DNA of 64,000 bases. It comes from Opitutaceae bacterium (GTDB lineage: Bacteria; Verrucomicrobiota; Verrucomicrobiia; Opitutales; Opitutaceae). The number at the start of each line of letters is the position of its first letter. Position 1 is the first letter of the stretch. Below, in pieces: positions 57,352-64,000 of the stretch. Location of the stretch: the NCBI GenBank assembly GCA_050289505.1, contig JBNKFW010000017.1, positions 13,783 through 77,782 on the forward strand. Reading direction: 5' to 3'. The translations under genes and the position numbers were made by a program. Below the pieces are notes generated by a model. That model worked only from the letters and a program-made list of their open reading frames with translations. It ran no database searches and was not told where the DNA came from.

Positions 57352-57816
57352 CTATTTCTTATCGTCTTCGGAAACGGAGCCGAATGCGAATCGGCTAATT
57401 AAGCCTTCGATGTCGATGGCTGGCTCGGTGTCGACGATCGGACCGTCCAAGGGGAAGCCCACTCCGGGCGTCCCGGGGTAGATGGCGATGTACTTGTCGC
57501 CTATCAGGCCGTTGGTCTTGATCGCCGCCGTCGCGTCGTCAAAGAGCTCGATGTCCTTGTCGATACGCAGCTCGATCTCGGCCTTCAGGGTTTCGGGATT
57601 CAGGGTGATCGGACCGACGGTGCCGATCTTCACGCCGGCGATGGTTATGTTGCTGCCGGAGCTCAGGCCGCCGATATTGGTGAAGATCGCGGTTACGTTT
57701 TGGCTGTCGCTGCCGAAGAAGCGCGCTCCGCCGATTTGAACTGCCATGTAGACGATGGCGGCGAGGCCAACGAGAACAAAGAGGCCAACTGAAAAGTCGA
57801 TTTTCTTGCTATTCAT
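57352..57816 (-). CDS. mlaD: MlaD (MCE domain) protein
   Basis: VGLFVL, GGLSSGSNITIAGVKIG and GLIGDKYIAI. Confidence 0.93.
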   Translation of the reverse strand: MNSKKIDFSVGLFVLVGLAAIVYMAVQIGGARFFGSDSQNVTAIFTNIGGLSSGSNITIAGVKIGTVGPITLNPETLKAEIELRIDKDIELFDDATAAIKTNGLIGDKYIAIYPGTPGVGFPLDGPIVDTEPAIDIEGLISRFAFGSVSEDDKK

Positions 57817-57835
57817 TGTTTTTAAAAGGTGAGGT

Positions 57836-58552
57836 CTAGGCCTGGGAAAGTTGAGGATTAAGGAATGGCTTGAGGTCTTCGGGCGGATTGGCGAGCAGGT
57901 CGTCCGGCTTGCCCCAGTACTTGATTTCGCCAGCGTCGAGCCAAGCGATCCGGTCAGAAATCTCGAACACTTCCGGCACGTCGTGGCTGACCATGATCAC
58001 GGTGAAGCCAAAGCGTTTACGGTAGCTGCGGATCATATCGAAGACGCTGTACTTGCGCTGCGGGTCGAGTCCGGTGGTCGGCTCGTCGAAGAGGATAATT
58101 TGCGGATTGGTGATCAGGGCTCGGGCCAGGGCGACGCGCTTTTTCATGCCGCCGGAAATTTCGGCCGGGTACTTCGCTCGAGCTGCGGTCAGGTCCAATT
58201 GCTCAAGCAGGTCCGCCACGCGCTTTTCAATTTCGGCCTTTTTCGCTTTCCCTTTTTCGCGAAGGGGGAGAGCGACGTTTTCTTCGACGGTCATCGAGTC
58301 GAAGAGGGCGTTTTGCTGAAACATGTAACTGCAGGGCGGAGCGCCCTTCGAACCGGCGACGGAGATCGACCCCGCGTCCGCTTTGAGCAGTCCTGAGATG
58401 CACTTGAGGAGAACGGATTTTCCGGTGCCGCTTTTGCCGATGACCGTGGTATGCAATCCGAGCGGTATGTCCAAATCGATGCCACCGAGCACGACTTGTT
58501 CGCCGAATGCCTTTTTGAGGCCGCGTAGGCTTAGAGAAGTAGCGTCACTCAT
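57836..58552 (-). CDS. mlaF: MlaF ABC ATP-binding protein
   Basis: GKSGTGKS, ISGGMKKRVALARA and LFDEPTTGLDP. Confidence 0.93.
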   Translation of the reverse strand: MSDATSLSLRGLKKAFGEQVVLGGIDLDIPLGLHTTVIGKSGTGKSVLLKCISGLLKADAGSISVAGSKGAPPCSYMFQQNALFDSMTVEENVALPLREKGKAKKAEIEKRVADLLEQLDLTAARAKYPAEISGGMKKRVALARALITNPQIILFDEPTTGLDPQRKYSVFDMIRSYRKRFGFTVIMVSHDVPEVFEISDRIAWLDAGEIKYWGKPDDLLANPPEDLKPFLNPQLSQA

Positions 58553-59331
58553 CGGGCCATCTGGAAGGAGGTTATCAGGTAATCGAACATCAGGATCGCG
58601 ATGCTCGAGTAGACCACGGCGCGAGTGGTGGTTTGGGAGACGCCGCGGGCGCCTGGAATGTCTGACTTGAGGTGCGTGTAATAGCCTTGGAAGGCGCAGA
58701 TCAAAGTCGTCACGATTCCGAAGACGAGCGCTTTGACCAACCCGTCGTAGATGTTTTGCATGCTGACCGCATCGTAAATGCGATTCCAATAGGCGCCGGG
58801 GTCGAGTCCCAGCATTTCCACGCCGGTCAAGTAGCCACCATAGATTCCGATCAGGTCGAAGAAGGTGGTGAGGACGGGGAAGGCGATGATGGCAGCCCAG
58901 AGTCGAGGCGAGACGAGGAAGCCGATCGGATTGATCTGCATGGTGTGCAGCGCGTCAATTTGCTCCGCGTTTCGCTGGATGCCGATTTCCGCGGAAAGGG
59001 CGCTGCCCGCTTGGCCGACGATCATGATGGCCGTAAAGACGGGCCCGATTTCCAGGATGATGGAGAGGGCGACGGCTTGTCCGAGCAGGCTTTCGGAACT
59101 GAACTTCGTTAGAACGTAATAGAGCTGCAAGCCCAGCACCAGTCCGGTGAACAGCCCGACGATCAAGGTGATCGGTACGCAACGCACCCCTATTTCGAAA
59201 AGGGAACGGGTGAGCTTTTCGAGGATATGACGCTGGCCTGGCAACCCGGCGCCAGCTTTCGCTGAAAACCCTGCGAGTTCTCCGAGTTCGCTCACCAAGC
59301 GTATGCTTTGCCTTCCAATTCTACTTATCAT
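58549..59331 (-). CDS. mlaE: MlaE ABC permease
   Basis: EIGPVFTA, GSALSAEIG, EQIDAL and TTTRAVV. Confidence 0.94.
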   Translation of the reverse strand: MISRIGRQSIRLVSELGELAGFSAKAGAGLPGQRHILEKLTRSLFEIGVRCVPITLIVGLFTGLVLGLQLYYVLTKFSSESLLGQAVALSIILEIGPVFTAIMIVGQAGSALSAEIGIQRNAEQIDALHTMQINPIGFLVSPRLWAAIIAFPVLTTFFDLIGIYGGYLTGVEMLGLDPGAYWNRIYDAVSMQNIYDGLVKALVFGIVTTLICAFQGYYTHLKSDIPGARGVSQTTTRAVVYSSIAILMFDYLITSFQMAR

Positions 59332-59586
59332 CTGAATTTTGCGATTTTGCCCTCCACGTTTCGAACGACCCATCGATTCGGTAAATTCGCTGAGGAGGCA
59401 ACAAAAGGATTCCTGATAGACTGTCACCTACAAATTTTGTGCTGAAAAGGTTACCTAAAAATTAAGCAGCCACACCTATGCTTCGCATAGCGTCAACTAC
59501 TCAACGCCATCCGGCCAACCCTTACGAGACATTCAGAACCCTAGGTTTTTGACTTCTGGCCTGTGATCGTGTTCACTGCTCAAACT

Positions 59587-59994
59587 ATGAAACGACTTTT
59601 CGTATCTTTATTGCTCATCGCGCTCAGCGCTCTGCCAAGCCAATTGCAGGCTGGCGGCGAGCCTGAAGACGGCGCGACCCATAAGCAATTTGGTCCTTTC
59701 GAAGCGGTCACTTTCAACGCAACCATTCTTCGGGACGTGAAGTACGTGCCCGAGGAGAACAACGTTTATCTGCAACTTTTCCCTGCCTACAAGGACAAGG
59801 AAATCATCGTCAAACTCTCCAATAGCTACTTCTCAAGCTACCGCGAATGGAATCACGGAGGGTTTGAACTCGTCTCGCCGGCCAACCAAGGCAAAGCGCC
59901 TTATGCTTGGACCGATTTCGTCAACACCTCTGCCACCTACATCGAATATTGGATGGATGGAGAGGTTTTTCTGCATTTGAAGCGCGTCAAGTAG
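59587..59994 (+). CDS. Hypothetical secreted protein
   Basis: Signal peptide. No family recognised. Confidence 0.7.
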   Translation: MKRLFVSLLLIALSALPSQLQAGGEPEDGATHKQFGPFEAVTFNATILRDVKYVPEENNVYLQLFPAYKDKEIIVKLSNSYFSSYREWNHGGFELVSPANQGKAPYAWTDFVNTSATYIEYWMDGEVFLHLKRVK

Positions 59995-60054
59995 TCCTCG
60001 GACTGCTTCGCCACAGGATAACTGTCGCCTGCTGCCAACGGGGAAACGAAAATC

Positions 60055-60891
60055 ATGAGCCCAAAACGTACGCCTAATATGTCATTTTTGAGCGGAGTAT
60101 CGCTCGGAAAGAAAGGGGACTACCAAACGTGGATGTTCGCCGCCGCAGGCTTGAGCCTGCTCCTTATCGCGGTCTATTCGGTTTTCAGCGTGGTCGAAAA
60201 CATCATCGAGGATACCGAGCGATACGAGGAAGTGCACCTGCCGAACTTTGCCGCCATTTCTTCCACGAAGGAGCGCAAGCAAGCCTTCTTCAACTTCCTC
60301 GAGCCATTTGTCGTCGAGGCAAACGGGGACATCCTCGAGGAGCGCGCCCAGGCCTTGAAGCTGCAAGCGTACTTCGAGAGAAACGGCAGCTTGAACAGCG
60401 GTCGCCTCGAAGCGCTTAACGAATTGAGGGAAGCCTACCTGCTCGATCCAGTGGAGTCCGCTTCGAATCGCTCCTTCGAGGAGTTGCTCAGCCGAGCGGA
60501 CACGATTCCGACTTCCCTCGCTCTGGCTCAAGCGGCGTTGGAGAGCGGCTGGGGTACCTCGCGCTTCGCCCGCCAAGGCAACAATCTCTTCGGAATCTGG
60601 TGCTACGAACCGGGTTGCGGGCTGGTGCCCAAGCGTCGGTCCGCCGGCAAGAAGCACGAAGTCACCGTCTACCGCAGTCCGCGCGAATCCTTTTTGGCCT
60701 ACCTTCGCAACTTGAATACCGGCTCTGCCTACGAGGCGTTAAGAGATATCCGTTCGGCTCATCGCGAAAACGGCGTCGAGCCCACTGGACGCGATCTCGC
60801 TCCAGGGCTGGTGCGTTACTCTGAAGAACGCTGGACCTATGTAGACAAGGTCCGCGGCATGATTTCGGCCAATCGGCTGGAGGATCGCTAG
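60055..60891 (+). CDS. Bax-like glucosaminidase-domain protein
   Basis: LAQAALESGWGTSRFARQGNNLFG, YLRNLNT and YSEE. Confidence 0.9.
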   Translation: MSPKRTPNMSFLSGVSLGKKGDYQTWMFAAAGLSLLLIAVYSVFSVVENIIEDTERYEEVHLPNFAAISSTKERKQAFFNFLEPFVVEANGDILEERAQALKLQAYFERNGSLNSGRLEALNELREAYLLDPVESASNRSFEELLSRADTIPTSLALAQAALESGWGTSRFARQGNNLFGIWCYEPGCGLVPKRRSAGKKHEVTVYRSPRESFLAYLRNLNTGSAYEALRDIRSAHRENGVEPTGRDLAPGLVRYSEERWTYVDKVRGMISANRLEDR

Positions 60892-60976
60892 GGCTAGCGC
60901 GCAAAGTCGTGGCAGGGCGCGCGCTCTTGCCTTGACGGTGGGGCGTGCTCGTTTGGAACTGTAGCGCTTCCTCTAC

Positions 60977-61687
60977 ATGCCTACCGACGAAACACTTAGC
61001 AACGTTCCTCGAAAGACGCGGGTCATCGCGTTTTTGACTTTGGCGGCCATCAAGGTCTTCAGTTTCACCTATCGCTTGCGCATTGTCGGGCACTCCGAGC
61101 ATTTGTTGGGTCTGGTGGACCGGGGCGACTCCGTCGTGGTGGCTTGTTGGCACAATCGCATGTTCTACTTCGCCACCTACATCTACCGCTACCTGCTGCG
61201 CAACAAGTTCAAGCTCGCCATGATGTCGAGCGATTCGAAGGACGGAGAAATCGGGGCAACGATCGGAAAGTACGCGGGAGCGAAGGTCGTTCGCGGCTCC
61301 TCTTCTCGCCGAGGAGCGTCCGGGCTGCGCGGTCTCTATCGCGCGATCGTGAAGGACAAACATTCCATTATCATCCTGCCGGATGGATCGAAAGGGCCGG
61401 TTTACGAAGCCAAGGTCGGAGTGGCGGCTTTGGCGAAAATGACGGGGAAGCCGATTCTGCCGGTTTCCTGCTGGGCCAGCGATTATTGGCGGATTCGCTC
61501 CTGGGATCGTATGGTTTTTCCCAAGCCCTTTTCCCGTATCATGATTACGGTGGGCGATTTGATCGAGGTGCCGCGCCGCGCCGACGACGAGCAATTGGAA
61601 GTTTTTCGCCAACGGGTGCAGGTGGAACTCGACGAGCTTGGCTTTCAAGCCGAGAAGCCGTTCGAGAAGGTTTGCAAGTGTATCTAG
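60977..61687 (+). CDS. Lysophospholipid acyltransferase family protein (DUF374)
   Basis: ACWHNR, SDSKDGE, VRGSSSRRG, PDGSKGP and WDRMVFPKPFS. Confidence 0.88.
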   Translation: MPTDETLSNVPRKTRVIAFLTLAAIKVFSFTYRLRIVGHSEHLLGLVDRGDSVVVACWHNRMFYFATYIYRYLLRNKFKLAMMSSDSKDGEIGATIGKYAGAKVVRGSSSRRGASGLRGLYRAIVKDKHSIIILPDGSKGPVYEAKVGVAALAKMTGKPILPVSCWASDYWRIRSWDRMVFPKPFSRIMITVGDLIEVPRRADDEQLEVFRQRVQVELDELGFQAEKPFEKVCKCI

Positions 61688-61708
61688 AGTCCGCATCTGA
61701 GTAGCCCC

Positions 61709-62476
61709 ATGCGCTTTCGTCCCTGTATAGATCTCAGAAACGGCAAGGTTGTCCAAATCGTGGGCGGCACGCTTTCGGATACTTCGGAATCCAGCGTCGA
61801 GACGAATTTCGAGTCGAGCATGGCTCCGGCCGACTTTGCTCGCATGTACCAGCGCGACGAGCTGACCGGTGGACATGTCATTGCCCTCGGACCTGGCAAT
61901 AAGGACGCGGCGTTGTCGGCCTTGTCCGCTTATCCCGGTGGTTTGCAATACGGAGGCGGGGTCAATGCGGAGAACGCGGCCGAATTCCTGGAAGCGGGCG
62001 CCTCTCAAGTAATCGTGACCTCTTACGTGTTCAGGGACGGAAAAGTGGATTTCGAACGCTTGGAGAAATTAGTTTCGGAGACGGGGCGAGACCGGCTGGT
62101 CTTGGATTTGAGCTGTCGCGCTCGGGATGGAAAGTATTGGGTGGTGACGGACCGCTGGCAAAATTTCACCGACACCTGCGTCGACGCCTCGACGATTTCC
62201 GAATTGGGAAAATACTGCTGCGAATTCCTCGTGCATGGAGTGGACGTGGAAGGTCGCATGAGCGGGATCGAGGAAGATCTCGTGCGTATGCTCGGAGCAA
62301 ATTGCGAATTGCCAATGACTTACGCAGGCGGTGCTCGTTCGCTCGAAGATTTGCAGCGCGTTGAGTTGCTAGGCGCTGGCAAGGTGGATCTTACGATCGG
62401 CAGCGCCTTGGACGTCTTTGGCGGCCAGGTGCCGTACGAAGATGTGATCGCTTGGCATCGGAGTCGAAATCCGTAG
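61709..62476 (+). CDS. hisA: ProFAR isomerase, eukaryotic (His6)-type
   Basis: MRFRPCIDLRNGKVVQIVGGTL, GGHVIALG, LDLSCR, HGVDVEG and DLTIGSALD. Confidence 0.93.
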   Translation: MRFRPCIDLRNGKVVQIVGGTLSDTSESSVETNFESSMAPADFARMYQRDELTGGHVIALGPGNKDAALSALSAYPGGLQYGGGVNAENAAEFLEAGASQVIVTSYVFRDGKVDFERLEKLVSETGRDRLVLDLSCRARDGKYWVVTDRWQNFTDTCVDASTISELGKYCCEFLVHGVDVEGRMSGIEEDLVRMLGANCELPMTYAGGARSLEDLQRVELLGAGKVDLTIGSALDVFGGQVPYEDVIAWHRSRNP

Positions 62477-62607
62477 CTGCGGGCGAATTCTAGGCGAGCT
62501 CAGCCGCCGGGCAGGGATTGGCGCTTATCCGATTTTGAGGGGTATCCGCTCTACAGATGAATTCCCTTGGGCCGATCCTATTAAAGAACTCTTGGAGGAT
62601 CGCATTT

Positions 62608-63591
62608 ATGAAACCGCTCGTTCGCACAGCTCAAACTTCACTCTTTAGACACTTTTCTCGCCTCGCGCTTTCTGCGCTCGCCCTTGGTTCCGCGATTGCT
62701 GGATACGCTTCGGATTTCAAGGACACGGAAGTCGAGTGGGAGTTTAAGTCCGGCTTGGACAAAGCCGCATTCGCGAAGGCCTTCAACGCGAAGATCAAGG
62801 AAGGCTTCCGTATCGTAGATATCGAAACCTATCGCAGCGGACGTTCGACAACGGTTTCGACGATTTGGACGAAGCTTGCAGAATCCGAGGTTTGGCAAGT
62901 CGAGATGTCGCTTCCCATCGCCGAGTTTTTGGATAAGCACGAAGAGCACGTCAAAAACGGCTACTCGCTGGTCGAATTCGAGGTGGACCGCTTTGGCGCG
63001 ACCTTGCACTTCTCTGGCGTATGGCTGCGTGGGCAGGAAGGGCTCGAAACTGAATTTTACTTTGGAATGGAGAGCTTATCGTTTTCCAACCGCTACGGAG
63101 AAATGGCCGACCGTGGATTCCGCCTGATCGATTTCGAAGCCTACGAGGCAAACGGGAAATTTCGTCATGCTGGGATTTGGAAAAAGAACCTTGGTCATGA
63201 AGTCCGTTTTTACCGAGGGATCGCCAAGAACAAGATCGGGGAAATCGCGGCGGGCCTCGACGAGGCAGGATACCGACTGCTCGATATCGAGGGATACCAA
63301 TTCGAGGGCGACTTCGTATTCGCAGCCGAATGGGTTAAGCGGGCCGAGTGGCAGAAGAGCGAATACGCCTTCGACCTACTGCCAGACGAATTCTACAATA
63401 AGAACTCGACGTACGTAAACGATGGATACCGTTTGACTGAATTCGAGACCTACGAGGACAATGGAGTCGTCTACTACTGCGGAAGTTGGCTGAAGGGAAA
63501 TCCCGCTGACTACGCTGCGGAAGCTGCCCAAGATACTTCGAAGAAAAAGAAGAAGTCCTCGCTCGAACAGTTCCGCACGGGGAACAAGTAG
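62608..63591 (+). CDS. Exported protein made of five ~50-aa tandem repeats (polyglycine-hydrolase-like structural repeat)
   Basis: GFRIVDIETY, GYSLVEFEV, GFRLIDFEAY, GYRLLDIEGY and GYRLTEFETY, each followed by a G.W strand. Confidence 0.75.
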   Translation: MKPLVRTAQTSLFRHFSRLALSALALGSAIAGYASDFKDTEVEWEFKSGLDKAAFAKAFNAKIKEGFRIVDIETYRSGRSTTVSTIWTKLAESEVWQVEMSLPIAEFLDKHEEHVKNGYSLVEFEVDRFGATLHFSGVWLRGQEGLETEFYFGMESLSFSNRYGEMADRGFRLIDFEAYEANGKFRHAGIWKKNLGHEVRFYRGIAKNKIGEIAAGLDEAGYRLLDIEGYQFEGDFVFAAEWVKRAEWQKSEYAFDLLPDEFYNKNSTYVNDGYRLTEFETYEDNGVVYYCGSWLKGNPADYAAEAAQDTSKKKKKSSLEQFRTGNK

Positions 63592-63599
63592 CCTGTTCG

Positions 63600-64000
63600 C
63601 TACGCTCCGAGTTGCTCCAACCAGTCCTGCAGGATCTGGTTGACTCTGCGAGTATCGGTAACCCGCATACAGGGAGCTTCGGGCGTTTCGCCCGCAACCA
63701 CTTGCGCGAAGTTATCGGCTTCGACTCCGTAGAGCTCGCGTGGCTCGTGCCCACCTACGGTTTGAGGCGCGTCTTCTCCTTCGAGGTGGAGCTGGATGCT
63801 CCAGTCTCCGCCATACGGCGTTACGATCCAAGGCTCGCTTAATTCGATCCAACCTTTGCTGCCGTAAACGCGAGCGTAGTTTTGCTGCGAAACTTGAGTG
63901 CTGCAGGAAATCTGGGCGGCGATCCCGTTTGAGAAGGAAAGATTCGCGATCGCGAGGGTATCGGTTTCGCATCGAGGATCGATTTTGCCCGTTCCGCCGA
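63600..64000 (-). CDS. C-terminal part of a Gfo/Idh/MocA-family oxidoreductase (truncated by window edge)
   Basis: Manual translation GGTGKIDPRCETDTLAIANLSFSNGIAAQISCS...RVYGSKGWIELSEPW...EADNFAQVV...LEQLGA*. This frame is not in the ORF track. Confidence 0.75.
   Translation of the reverse strand, partial: GGTGKIDPRCETDTLAIANLSFSNGIAAQISCSTQVSQQNYARVYGSKGWIELSEPWIVTPYGGDWSIQLHLEGEDAPQTVGGHEPRELYGVEADNFAQVVAGETPEAPCMRVTDTRRVNQILQDWLEQLGA

Noticed and set aside
55942-59331. mlaEFDCA lacking mlaB
   Set aside because: This is a common arrangement outside Gammaproteobacteria and is not novel.
1-64000. tRNA, rRNA, prophage, integrase, transposase or defence systems
   Set aside because: No supporting motifs were seen in any frame or intergenic region.

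Overview
Bacterial chromosomal window with no rRNA, tRNA, CRISPR array or transposase. It is most consistent with Verrucomicrobiota/Opitutales (inferred from a VPDSG-CTERM protein, a long homodimeric PFOR and a His6-type HisA). Content in order: the 3' part of dnaX split at an A10 run; a TPR protein; a secreted EF-hand protein divergent from a CusR/CopR-type two-component system; a sigma-54-preceded choice-of-anchor-A/VPDSG-CTERM protein; a GH115; a corrinoid salvage cluster (cbiB, cobalamin riboswitch, btuBFCD, cbiZ, PduO-type adenosyltransferase, cobQ); nrdDG with an FNR-type box and tandem NrdR boxes; an ECF sigma/anti-sigma/PDZ trio; pyruvate:ferredoxin oxidoreductase; a divergent LpxC-like protein; a GH130; a hybrid histidine kinase; a DAHP synthase preceded by an unannotated Tyr/Phe/Trp-rich leader peptide and attenuator; several secreted proteins and metalloproteases; deaD; mlaEFDCA; hisA; and others. 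Intergenic spaces hold several families of REP-like palindromes, including a nested, amplified element. The strongest leads are the three-aromatic-amino-acid attenuator (37472-37605), a probable programmed -1 frameshift or transcriptional slippage in dnaX that is needed to make the long form (922-966), and a CbiZ-based cobamide remodelling operon. Gene starts were hand-adjusted from the ORF track where a better ATG was visible.
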